Shown piece by piece: positions 13,850 to 25,796 of a DNA stretch of 64,000 nt. The position numbers were made by a program, and so were the translations under genes. The notes under the pieces were generated by a model. That model was given only the letters and a program-made list of their open reading frames with translations, had not been told where the DNA came from and did no database searches. Location: contig NC_043012.1 in the NCBI RefSeq assembly GCF_006345805.1, positions 19,406,001 to 19,470,000 on the forward strand, written 5' to 3'. The stretch's first letter is position 1, and the number at the start of each line of letters is the position of its first letter. The DNA comes from Octopus sinensis. Lineage: Eukaryota.

Positions 13850-14219
13850 AGATTTTTTTCTTTCAACATAATAACCGGTTCCGTTATCGCTCTTCAAATT
13901 ATGAGTTTTGGATGAATTACTGAATTAGACATTTTGTTTGCTAGGGGGAATAATTGGGGAATAATTGATAACCAAGATATTTTACAGTAAATGGGAGGTA
14001 AATCTGTATTTTTTTTATTTATTGGTCTATACATTCTTACAATAGTTGGGGTAAATCATTAAATTTCAATATGAATTTATTGCTGATTCCTGCTTTTTTT
14101 TTTTTTTGATAATTATCCCCGTTAGCAAACAAAATGTCTAATTCAGAAATTCATCCAAAAACTCATAATTTCACAAGGGATTACGAAACCGTTTATTGTG
14201 TTGGAAAGAAAAAAAATCT
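13850..14219. repeat. Imperfect inverted repeat (about 105-bp arms) with an HHR-like motif in each arm
   Basis: Arms about 13850-13953 and 14110-14219. The minus strand of 13867-13903 reads cataat-TTGAAGA-gcgataac-GGAA-CCGGTT-attatg. Confidence 0.75.
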
Positions 14220-14330
14220 ATGTTATAGAATATTGTATAATATTTCTACTATTATGATTCTAATATATTATTTAGTCCTTCAAAACAAATCTGATTTTTC
14301 TTAATTCTGTCCCTGTATACACACACACGC

Positions 14331-14364
<34 letters not shown>

Positions 14365-14758
14365 GGAGTGGCTGTGTGGTAAGTAGTTTGCTAACCAACC
14401 ACATGGTTCCGGGTTCAGTCCAACTGCGTGGCATCTTGGGCAGGTGTCTTCTGCTATAGCCCCGGGCCGACCAATGCCTTGTGAGTGGATTTGGTAGACG
14501 GAAACTGAAAGAAGCCTGTCGTATATATGTATATATATGTGTGTGTGTTTGTGTTTGTGTACTGTGTTTGTTCCCCTAGCATTGCTTGAGAACTGATGCT
14601 GGTGTGTTTACGTCACCGTCACTTAGCGGTTCGGCAAAAAGAGACCGATAGAATAAGTACTGGGCTTACAAAAAGAATAAGTCCCGGGGTCGAGTTGCTC
14701 GACTAAAGGCGGTGCTCCAGCATGGCCGCAGTCAAATGACTGAAGCAAGTGAAAGAGT
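14365..14758 (+). mobile_element. Near full-length tRNA-derived SINE family 1
   Basis: A box tggctgtgtgg, B box gggttcagtcc, CORE-like tcttgggcaggtgtctt, internal (TA)/(TG) tract and 3' tail; high identity to 39606-40020. Confidence 0.85.
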
Positions 14759-15063
14759 ATATATACATCACTTGTTTATATACATACAATTTAAATCTGA
14801 ATATTCTAATAGAGTAGATGGAAATATGTGATTTGTATAAACATACATGTTAATAAACCATCCAGATCTCTGAATACCTTACTTTTTCTAATATATACAG
14901 AGGGAGAGAGAGAGAGAGAAATATATTATTATATTAATAATAATATATTATATAAAATATATATTATCGCTCGTATTGAATACATAAATACTTTAATAGT
15001 ATTAATACTGTAATGCAATAGAGCACTCAATATAAATTCAGTATATAATATTCTCAATGAATA

Positions 15064-15461
15064 TCTATATATATATAAGTGAATTTGTGTGAGTGTCTGT
15101 CCCCTTCGATTTAGATTCCTAACTACTCCCACATTTTGCAGTGCAGTTTAACTAAAACCGGGTATCTTATTGTCATGATTCATATCAAGCCCTTCTGGGT
15201 ATTAGCGCGCGTCTACGATGAGTCTATGATTTAAAAAATAATTTACCATCATTATTTTCCATTTTAAGGCATATTTTTTTTAATATAAGGGAAGTAACTC
15301 TCTAAAAATGTCTACGATGAGTCAACGATTTAAAAAAATATTTACCCTAATTTTCTTTCCATTTTTAATGCATTTTTTGCTATTTTTTGGCTATAACTCT
15401 CTAAAAATACTTTATAGTTATTTCCCTTTAAAACCCGAGCAACGCCGGGCGATACTACTAG
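15064..15461 (+). mobile_element. Non-autonomous Helitron-like element
   Basis: 5' TC after A; 3' hairpin cccg-agcaacgc-cggg (15434-15449) followed by CTAG and T; internal duplicated block; second copy at 58283-58663. Confidence 0.75.
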
Positions 15462-15642
15462 TATTTAACTAAAGATGTATTTTGAAAACATCGACTAAGT
15501 ATAAAGGTGAAAATATGACGCATGTGAACTTTCGATGAGATCTTTTAAACTATGTGTGATGATTCCAGGAATGTTTGTAAATAACGGAATGGGGAGCAGT
15601 GAATTGATAGGATTGGCATTAATAATTTTAAAATATATATAT

Positions 15643-15869
15643 CTTTACTACCCACAAGGGGCTAAACACAGAGGGGACAAACAAGGACAGACAAACGGAT
15701 TAAGTCGATTACATCAACCCCAGTGCGTAACTGGTACTTAATTTATCGACTCCGGAAGGATGAAAGGCAAAGTCGACCTCGGCGGAATTTGAACTCGGAA
15801 CGTAACGACAGACGAAATACGGCTACGCAGGTCGCCCGGCGTGCTAACGTTTCTGCCAGCTCGCCGCCT
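15643..15869 (-). mobile_element. tRNA-derived SINE family 2
   Basis: Minus strand ggcggcgagctggcagaaacgttagc...gagttcaaattcc (B box) then gtcgactttgcctttcatcc, a central motif shared by many animal SINEs. Near-identical copy at 40398-40620. Confidence 0.85.
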
Positions 15870-15891
15870 TTTAAATATATATATGAATTGC

Positions 15892-16295
15892 TATATTTCG
15901 GGATGGTCATTGTTTCTTGCCAAATAAGTACACGCACCACCTATTCGTTGTTCACTTGTTCATGATTGTTCTTATTTTACGTCCAACGTCTCGTCACACA
16001 TCCTGTAACCTCTTCGGTGACTCTCCATCCCCTGAGTTTCCTCCTGTTCTATTTAATCTATTCTGTCCTATAGTGTGAATCCTAGATAAGATCACACACC
16101 ATAGAAAGATAGAATGGACAAAACATGACAGGAAGAAATACGTGCGATGGAGCGGCAGCTAAGTGGCCACAGGATGTGTGACGAAACATTTCTATACAAG
16201 GGACTTTAAAATACGAACAGTAAGAAAGCGGAAGGGAAGTACGAGTATACAGAGCGTGTGTTTATTTCGCAAAAGTATGACAGTCCTGAAATATA
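15892..16295. repeat. Degenerate inverted repeat with HHR-like motifs
   Basis: Outer tatatttcgggatggtcat / atgacagtcctgaaatata and inner tcgtcacacatcctgt / acaggatgtgtgacga are reverse complements. The minus strand of 15981-16021 reads CCGAAGA-ggttac aggatgt gtgac-GAGACGTT. Confidence 0.65.
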
Positions 16296-17801
16296 AAAAT
16301 ATCTGTTTGCCCCAGCATGGCCACAGCTCATAAGCTGAAACTAGAATCAATCAATCAATCAATCAATCAACACAAGATTTCACATCAGGTACCTTGCAAA
16401 ACAAATTCTTAAAAGTAATAGTATATACATATTATTTGATCATTAATCTGGTTTCAATGTCTGAGTTAGTAATGAATTTTCATTCATTTGACTTTACTTT
16501 ACGATCGAGGTATATTTGATGTCAGAAAAGAAATTTGGTTTCTTTTATCGATGATGCATTAGTAGCTACAATCTTGTGTGTTAGCTACCACTTGCTTTAA
16601 GCATCCGTTCGCCCGAGTACGGAAGAAATCGACTTGTTCTATCGTCCACGTACATTTTCAACTGATATGTCCTTCCTATAACTCCTAATTATCTTTACGA
16701 TAGTCGATCATAATATCATTGCAATAATTTCCCCAAATAAAGACATTGAAAGGCGCCTTGGAACGCCCTTATTTGTCATTGATTGATCAGCTCCAGACTA
16801 TATAGTTGATGAACAGTATGAAGAATTTTCGTAAACCAAACAATATAAATGTATTTCAACCGATTGTATTTATTTATTTATTTTTGCCGATCTATATATT
16901 TAATCGAACCAACTCTGTTGGATGATCGTTTGTGAGTGTTATTTACTTTGCAGCGATGAGATATTTAGTCAATCATGGTAATATACTCCGCGAGTATATT
17001 TTACACATTTATGTTTTCAGTCTGTCTGGAAAAGCAATGTAGCGAGGATATTAATATTAATTTTCAATTAAATATGGAACGTAAATCGATACGAACACCA
17101 TCTAAGCACGTTTTTTTAAAAAAATGGTTTATCTTGTGTTTATTTTTCGATGGAGTTGAATTAACAAATTTGTTCTATATTATTAAATTTTTATTGTCTC
17201 TTTGAAGATAATGTTCGAATAATTCAAGCGGAAAAAATAATTATTGCAATACTAAAGCATTAAGTAATCTGTGTAACGCGTAGTATTTAGTTACTGGAAG
17301 TAAATAACATTGTGTTTTAATTGTTATTTCAATATAATTATTGTATATTTAAACACGCATATATTAAATTTTTACACAATAAGCCTTTACTGTTTGGAAT
17401 TTCTTGTAATTCTAAAAACATTGAATGGCCTCAAATATGTGTTAACTAAAACAGAACAAGTGGAACGTACTTCACATAATTCTGCATACAATTAGAAACG
17501 TTTTTTCTTTTTGTTCCCAGCTGCAGCGCATGGTTTGTGATGTAATATCCGAGCTATTCGCATGCTTAGCACAAAAGGAAATTTATGATCTTTTGCAACT
17601 GAAATACATTCAACTCTTCATTCAAAGCAAATTAACATATGCTTTATATCTTGATATGGATGCATTTTCCATAGCAAGAAAAATAAGAACTCCACTACAG
17701 GAGCTGCATCAAATATTTATTAAAGATAATATTAAATCATTTTGATATATCATTTGAAGGTATACTTTGCATTATCATTCTGACCCCTCAAATACATATA
17801 T

Positions 17802-18103
17802 GATACATAGCTTTTCCAAAATCAAAATCCAGTTATGTCTTCTATTTCAAGAATTTGAAGTTAGCAAATGAACTACATCGTACTTTATGAATAATGCTCT
17901 ATTAATACACAGAGATGTGTTCAGTTGTCTACAAATAACATTATTGTGATTCTAATTGTAGACAACTGAAATGATCTACGTGTATTAATTCAGTATTAAT
18001 CATAAAGCACTGGATATTTCAATGCTAATATTCACTTGGAAAGTTAAAACTCTCGAATTAGAAAATATAACTGAACTTTGTGTTTGAAAAAAAAGCAATG
18101 TAT
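17802..18103. repeat. Degenerate inverted repeat (about 130-bp arms)
   Basis: ttcagttgtctacaa / ttgtagacaactgaa, attaatacac / gtgtattaat, ctttatga / tcataaag and cagttat / ataactg are mirrored around about 17945. Confidence 0.7.
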
Positions 18104-18188
18104 TACACACACAGACACAGACACAAACACATACATACACTCACACACACACACATACACACACACACACACAAACACATAAACACAC

Positions 18189-18269
<81 letters not shown>

Positions 18270-18284
18270 TTGAGGCGTCAGAAA

Positions 18285-18991
18285 TACAGGATGTCCGTAA
18301 AGTCTTTCCATAATTTATAAAATTCATTTCAAAGACAATTGATAAGATAACTGGGGTTCTTCTGATCCCCCAGATTCTCACGTTCTACTTGTTCAGTTTC
18401 ACTGAAACGTAAAAGGTTGCCTCATCACTAAAACAAACTCGCCTGAGGAATGCTTCATCTTCAGAAATTAGTCGCAACATGTAAACTGCAAACTATTTTC
18501 TACTTGGTTTATCATTTGGCTCGATTGCCCGTAAGAGTTGCACTTTGTAAGCGAGCAATAGAAGTTTCGTGTGTAGGAACGTCTGAACTGTTGAACGTGG
18601 TAGCTCTATTTGTCTGGCAGCAGTATGGATAAACTTTGTGGGTGAGCAAGAAAAGGTTTCTCTCACGCGATCAATGTTTTCCTCAGATGTTCTTAGTAGC
18701 CCACTCTTCTTTCTATGTAGCATTGTCCGTATCTTCATAAATCTCTTATGCCATGCATGAATTAACGGAAGCGATGGTGGTTCTTTTCTATACTTTGCTC
18801 TGTAGTTTCGTTGAGTGTGCGTATCCGATTTTATCTCAATAAACCATGATACACATTGTGCTTTCTCTTGAGGAAAAAACTATTTCTTAGGGGTTCATTA
18901 AAAAAAGGCTTGTGTGATTAAATGTGATCAAAAAATTTAAAAACCACTGAGTACAATAGAACAAGTCTAATTAAGATATCTTATCAATTGT
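18285..18991 (-). mobile_element. Tc1/mariner-superfamily transposase relic (N-terminal HTH region)
   Basis: Minus translation QCVSWFIEIKSD...HAWHKRF...RTSEENIDRVRETFSCSPTK...AARQIELPRSTVQ...AYKVQLL. TA-caggatgtcc terminus; inverted acaattgataagata at 18335-18349 and 18977-18991. Confidence 0.75.
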
Positions 18992-20527
18992 AAGGGGAGT
19001 TTATAATGCAAATTCTAATTCCATATAACAAATCAAAGTCAGTTGAGGTTTCATGTAGTGGTTCCTCTAAAAGCTAGCTTCTTCACTTTAAGGTACTCCA
19101 TCTCAAGTAAAAACAATTTGATTACGATTAAAATATATGAGTGAGGAAATGTTGAGTCAATGCAATCGACTTAGTCAAAGTACGTTATTATTTTATGTGG
19201 ACTGAATAATATTGTAGGCCAATGAGAAACTCGATGTAGAAACAGATGTAGATATCGCTAGCACTGAGTATAATTTCCAATATATTCACATTGAACCTAA
19301 ACAGGGAACAATATAAAATGCTACGTAAACGACATAAATCAATCTCATAAATTGTATAATGCGGAAACATTCATTTACAGGATACTATTTATGCTACCCT
19401 TGCATATAATATTATATGCATGTTCCTAAATAATTGATGTTAATAATAAATTCTAAAGCAAAGGCTAGAACTTAACAAGTTGAGAGGTAAAGCAAATACG
19501 GAATATTTCGGTTAATAATCTGACAAGGCTTGACATAACGTATAAAAAATGTTGCATCGTCTCATATCATAAATTCTTTGCTTACTGTTTTGTAAAGTTT
19601 ACTCGGTTTCCATCAAATAATTGTTTAACTTAAATTGTTTCCCACTCTTACTGTGCCGTGTGTCTGAATTTGGCAAATATTTTTGACAGCTCTAACTTGT
19701 ATGTAGGTGCCTTTCTCGAGATTTTCTTATAATTCATATCATTATATTAAATAGAATTATCTAAGAAGTTAATCCCAATTCAAACCACAATGCTTTCACG
19801 ATCAGTCGACAATTCAATATTCTTCCGATGTTAATTTGAAAACATTACTTTTATGTTCTTAGTTTTTGCGTTTCGGGAATTTTTTGTTTCAAAAGATGTT
19901 TCATTGAGAATATGATTAATTTCCTTGATCTGATGAATGGAGCCTGTTGAAAGAAATATAGAGACGAAAAGTTTTTTTGCAGCACACATTGTTAAAAGTT
20001 GCGAATTAATTATATATACTCAAGAACGTAGAATATTTTACTCGATTTGAAGAAGAAACAGGTGGTGATTACTAATAAGAATTTAGAAACATATTCTATA
20101 TATTTTTCTTAATAATACCTTACACCACATTTCAATTTGGCTAAAATGTAATATACAATCTCACAATATAAAAGCAGCAGCAGCAGATTATTCAGTGATG
20201 AAATATGAGTTTTAAATATAATGCAATTTTATGTAATAATTAAAAAAAACTACATTGCTATTTTCCAAGTTTGATTGCATTTAAAATTAGGTAGTATTAA
20301 AAATTTAATAATACAGGAATTAATAAAATATTGTGGTATTATCGTTTTTCTTAATGGTAACATTTTAAGGAATAAAAGTGCAAAGTAGTCCTAAATATAA
20401 ATTCAAATTTTCATTGTTCCAACGTGATCAATTTTAAGAATGTGGCTATAGAATAAAACTCATATTTCACTGTAGTTATTGCAAGTACTTCGCTCCACTA
20501 TCAAGACTGACATCTTATTTAATAAAC

Positions 20528-20696
20528 TTCTATGTTTAAGAGATGAGGAATTTTGTACATTATTTACATTATTTACATTCGACGGATATTTGCCCTCATC
20601 TTCTTTCTTGTTACCACAAATTTCGGCTGATATACCCTCCAGCCTTTTGCAGGTGTCTTGCGGAAATTTCGAACCTGGATTGTCATTCCTAAGGTA
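20528..20696 (-). mobile_element. 3' fragment (degenerate HHR plus tail) of the tRNA-head/hammerhead element
   Basis: Matches tail and ribozyme region of the copies at 24270 and 47161 (ttcggctgatataccctccagcc...ggtgtcttg). Confidence 0.8.
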
Positions 20697-22703
20697 ATGT
20701 AAATAATGGATATTATTTAATGTCCATTTAACATTCAGTAAGCAATACTTAAATAGCATCCCTGGTTAAGTTGAAATAAATTTGAATAAAGCACGCATAA
20801 ATTAAATATATCTCCCGAAATTACGTACCATTTATAGGTTATTTTACATTTCCTAAATTCATTATCCATCTGGATGTTATGTTAAAAATATTAACAAGAT
20901 TTTACAATATTTATAATTCATTACATTTTTCTTCGGTTAAGCTATAGACTATTACGTTGACAAAGGTATCATGCATTTCTAGAAAGCACGGCGGATCTTC
21001 TGAATACAATGCACTGCAGAAACTTGCTACTTAACTGATAGCTCAAACATCCAATAACGATCGGGTGGATTTTTAACATGATTATTTATGATTTCCGAAA
21101 TAGGTGCGGTATGATTAGATGTAAGATATTATCACATGAAGTAGGTATATAATTGATGGTTTAAATCGCAGAAAGGAAACAAAAACGTTTCCATTTCATT
21201 TTAGATAAGCATACAATAACTCCATTTTCAGTTAAGTTTTCAAATGTGTTTTAATTATTAAGCATAAATAGAATTATTTCCCACAACAAAATCAGTGGGT
21301 AAGTTAATTTTGAAGCAGGCATGAAAATAAGAGCAGGCATGGACATGCTTGCAAGAATGTATATAAGAACATGCAAGTTTGTGCTGTTTAGGAAGTACTT
21401 TACCGAGTTTTTAACATCGTATTCAATTCAAATCCGCATATCTTTGGACTAATCTCTGCAATTTGTTACTGTATAAAGATGAGGGAATGTTCGCGAAATT
21501 CTGCTATATATACACACGCGCCCATACATGAACACATGCATATACATACATGAACGCACACGTATATACACAAGCACATAAACACAAATGCACACACACA
21601 CACTTATGTATATCTTTGTTTCCTTCTCTCAGCGTGGCTTTTTGACTGTTCCGCTTTAATGCTTTACAAAGAGTGTATTTGTTACATCACAATATTTTAA
21701 AAAGCTAAGAATTTAGTCACAAAAATCGATAGATTATGTTGCATGATATGGCTACGTTGATACACTAAACCATTCAAGATATTCCTGCGATCTAATGGGA
21801 ACAACAAACATATTAATTAAAGATTTAAAATGCACAATATTTTAATTATCTCCAATAATGTATGAAATATAGAATACTCGAAATTTCAACGTCTCAGCGC
21901 AACAGATATGAACGGTATTTCGAGGTTTCGTTACCTACTCTTCCAGTCTTCAGTTTTGCATTATATCAATAGATTTTATTACATTTTAGAAAGCTTTAGG
22001 CATAGAAGATAGAGCCCAACCTCTCATTTTTCCTTGCTACATTTTATCAAGGTGAAAGAATATTGACACGTGAGATTGTGTTAATTTTTTCGTTTCACAA
22101 GATTAATATTGCGATGTTTGTGAATTTCACTTGTATAAAAGTTTTAACTTCAAATAAAATACATGTTAAGAGCAGAATATTATATAACCTCATTAATAAA
22201 TCTAATTTATCGCCCGAACAAATGACTAATATAAACGTAATGCCAAATCATTATACGATACCGAGGGCATTGCAAAGGCTAAGAATAAATAATTATATAA
22301 TGATGGGTATAAATATTAGGAACCTACTGATATTAACTTATTCAAAATCACACAATTATGTACTGATAATTATATACTTAAATTACTTTTAAAAGCATTG
22401 AACGTATAATATAACTTAACTATTATAATACATGTTCCATCCTTTCATTAGCTATGTAATAGTATTTCTGTTCGGTAATATCCACTGCTTCAATAGCATT
22501 TCCGTCTACATGAATGAGCAGCCGGCGACAAGAAGGTGATAGTTCAGTATGCACTTCGTAAAATTATAATTAATTCGTAAAGTATATAATTGTCGAGATT
22601 TTATATGAAGTTGCAGTTTGTATTAAACATCCGACGTTTAATAACAGCTGGCGGGTTTGTTTCTTGTAGAAGGTAATAATACAATTTCATACACACACAC
22701 ATG

Positions 22704-22736
<33 letters not shown>

Positions 22737-23719
22737 TAATATATTGTTTTGTGCTTATTTATCATATTTATTTGACGGTTTGCATCATATATTTGTAGAG
22801 TATAAATGTATTATTCTTGAATGTTGTTGACAGTGGCCTCTATGTTTCAGCCAAATTAAGCTCTGGTCAGACTGTTTAGTTATAATTCATCAGCTTGATA
22901 TGTGCTCTGAGCTATAATTATATATTCATAAGTACATTTGTGTACAAAATAATGCATATATTCATACAAGTGTGTATGTATGTGAATGTAGAGTTATGGC
23001 TATTCGTTTTTCGCGTCCCGACACACTCGTAAAATCATAAAGAAGCAACTGAAGTCGTTTCGTTATCAATCACATGAGATTATTAGTTTAAATCCATGGG
23101 TATCCTTCTCAACCGCTGGCTAGTTTGAAGGTCTCAGTTTTTATAAAACTTTAGAATTTAAAATTATCTGTTCTAACATCATAGGAGATCGGTAATTTTT
23201 CACGGATATAATATATAGCATGTGCTTCCCACAGTAAACAAAGCTGCACTCTAAAATTTCCATCACTAATTCCATGTATTTAACCAAAATTTCCAACATC
23301 ACTTAAAAAAATATTGATCACTCAAACATAATACGCAATAATATCTACAGTTGTCTACATAGAAAATGTCTTCTTTGCACATCGTCATTTTTGTTTACCA
23401 TGATGCGTTTACCATTTTTTGTTCGTATTATATAAGTACAATATAAAACAAATCATATATCTTACCAATTATTCCCTCAATTATATTCCGCAGTTACTGT
23501 TTTCACGATATCAGATACGCGAGAAACGATCTCAACATTTTCGAGAAGCAAATATCTCTCGCAATTGAAAAACTTCCAGAACAAAGACGATTTGCACAAG
23601 ATATCACTGAATGTTTCGAGTTATCGTCGTCAGAAATGTACAGTTGCTTGCGGATCGTATTGCGCTTTAAAATGACAGAAGATGCATTTTCTATACTTAC
23701 ATATATACATACATACATG

Positions 23720-23762
<43 letters not shown>

Positions 23763-23783
23763 TTAGCCATATTGATATGGCTA

Positions 23784-24123
23784 GTATACTTTACATTGTC
23801 GAGCGGTTACTGTTTACATCTCGTTCAGAGATTTATTATTGCTTGCAGACAGTTATTCGAAATCAGTGACGGAAGTCACTAGAAAAACCTATAAGTATTT
23901 GCACACAGGTCTTCCTTTCGTCGTAAACCGGTGATTACCTTACGTTGACAAGAGGCAAATTACTTCGAAACTGCAGTCTGTGCGTATCGCTTAGGTTTAC
24001 GAGAGGGGATGACCTCCCTTTGCAAATATCATAAGTGCACAGACAATGTGCCTAAAGCCAGCTGTATACTTTACGTTGTCGAGCGGTTACTGTTTACATC
24101 TCGTTCAGAGATTTATTATTGCT
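23784..24123 (+). mobile_element. Partial-tandem 280-bp unit with HHR-like motif (retrozyme or PLE pLTR-like)
   Basis: 60-bp direct repeat at 23784-23843 and 24064-24123 (offset 280). Motif tacg-tTGACAA-gagg caaatta cttc-GAAA-CTGCAG-TC at 23941-23986. Flanked by (TA)n. Confidence 0.65.
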
Positions 24124-24138
24124 ATATATATATATATA

Positions 24139-24386
24139 GTTCTATATTTAATGGAGTAATTATGTACATTATTTACATTTGACTGGTATTTTTCCTTATC
24201 TTGTTTGTTGTTAACACAACGTTTCGACTGATATGCGACTGATATGCGCTTCAACCTTCACCGGGTGTCATATGCTCACAGGCATATGGCATAGTGTTTA
24301 AGAGCTCGAGGTACTAACTCCAAGATTCCGAGTTCGAATCCAGGCAGTAACTTTAATAATAGTAATAATAATAAGAAGATTAAGAA

Positions 24387-24417
<31 letters not shown>

Positions 24418-24579
24418 AAGAAAAAGAAGAATGACATCGAAAAATAACTTAGCAATGAGAACCTAGGTTCGAGAATTCACCAAAACACCTGGTGTAGGCT
24501 GGAGGGTATATCAGCAGAAACGTTCTGATAACAACAAACAAGATGAGGACAAATATCCGTCAAATATAAATAGCGTAAA
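24139..24579. mobile_element. tRNA-head/(AAT,AAG)n/hammerhead element (+, 24270-24579) preceded by an inverted 3' fragment (24139-24269)
   Basis: A-box-like tggcatagtgt (24287), B box gagttcgaatcc (24330-24341), microsatellite, degenerate HHR at 24485-24526 and tail. The upstream segment is the reverse complement of the tail and HHR. Confidence 0.85.
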
Positions 24580-25273
24580 TATATATATACATGTATGTGT
24601 GTATGTATGTATGTATGTATGTATATATATATATATATAAATTTGTGTTCTGTATTTTTAGGATATCTCCTTATACTTTTTATACACTATTGTTACGTTT
24701 CTTTCCTCTAAACACATAATTCTATGCACATGGTATTGGCATTTCATCCTCATTTCAGTTCGGTTACAAGATCTCCCCATGCAACTCAAGATTTATTTCT
24801 GATACATTTTATTTTCATGGGTAGAGCTATCATTTAAGTTAGTGTGTATACATTCCACGTAATTTTATTCAACAGCATCAAAAGCCACAGCACTGAAAAG
24901 CACTGATTATTAACTTGCAACTCGAGACTAGCATTCAACATGAACAGGCTGAGTGTTATTTCTATCGGACATTTTCAATATATATAAGTCAACGCACGAA
25001 AATGCTGTGAGCTGGAAGAGATTTCAGAAAAGGCATATTTGCATCATGAAATGGTTTCTTAAGTTCCTTAATAACTCCTCTACATATAAGATTCTATATA
25101 TCAAGGGAAGAAAGGCAGCATAATTTATAAACCTTCACCAGCTATATGCTGTTTTATATGCATCTGTCTGTCGAACTTCGAGTTGAATATCAATTATAAG
25201 TTTTCCACCTGTGTCTCGAAGGTCAAAGAAATGCCACGAGCGCATGCTGTTCTCCTTTCATTGTCACTCCCTA

Positions 25274-25304
<31 letters not shown>

Positions 25305-25430
25305 ATGTATTTGTATGTGCGTGTGTACGTATATATATGTATATGTATATATCCTATCTCTCTCTTTCTATATATATAACATATACCTATTTATATAGAG
25401 GTATGCATATAACCATGTACACACCTATAT

Positions 25431-25466
<36 letters not shown>

Positions 25467-25757
25467 GATAGATATAGATATAGATATATATATATGTATT
25501 CATGTGTCAGTGAATTTGTGCTGTAAAATATTGTATTGGAAGATAACGCTTTTAGTTCAATCGTCTTACTTATGCTATTAAAGAGCTTCTCTGGAACGTG
25601 TATTGCTTCGTAATGTACAATTTGACCTTTCTCAAACGGAAGTGGACCTGTAACGCTACAAGTGAGGATTTGAGCAATTGGGGAAGAAAAGAATGTCTAA
25701 TTACTGAAGCAGATGCATTTCAATTCATTCTATAAAACGGTAATATCACCAATATAA

Positions 25758-25796
<39 letters not shown>

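Noticed and set aside
23480-23700. Stop-free non-repetitive frame (HDIRYARNDLNIFEKQ...) after a possible acceptor ttccgcag
   Set aside because: No recognisable domain or convincing donor site, and it runs into a microsatellite; cannot be supported as an exon without RNA or homology data.
24278-24350. Possible genuine tRNA gene (also at 47467, 53550, 14365)
   Set aside because: A and B boxes are present but no clean acceptor stem was seen, and each sits at the head of a dispersed repeat; treated as SINE heads.
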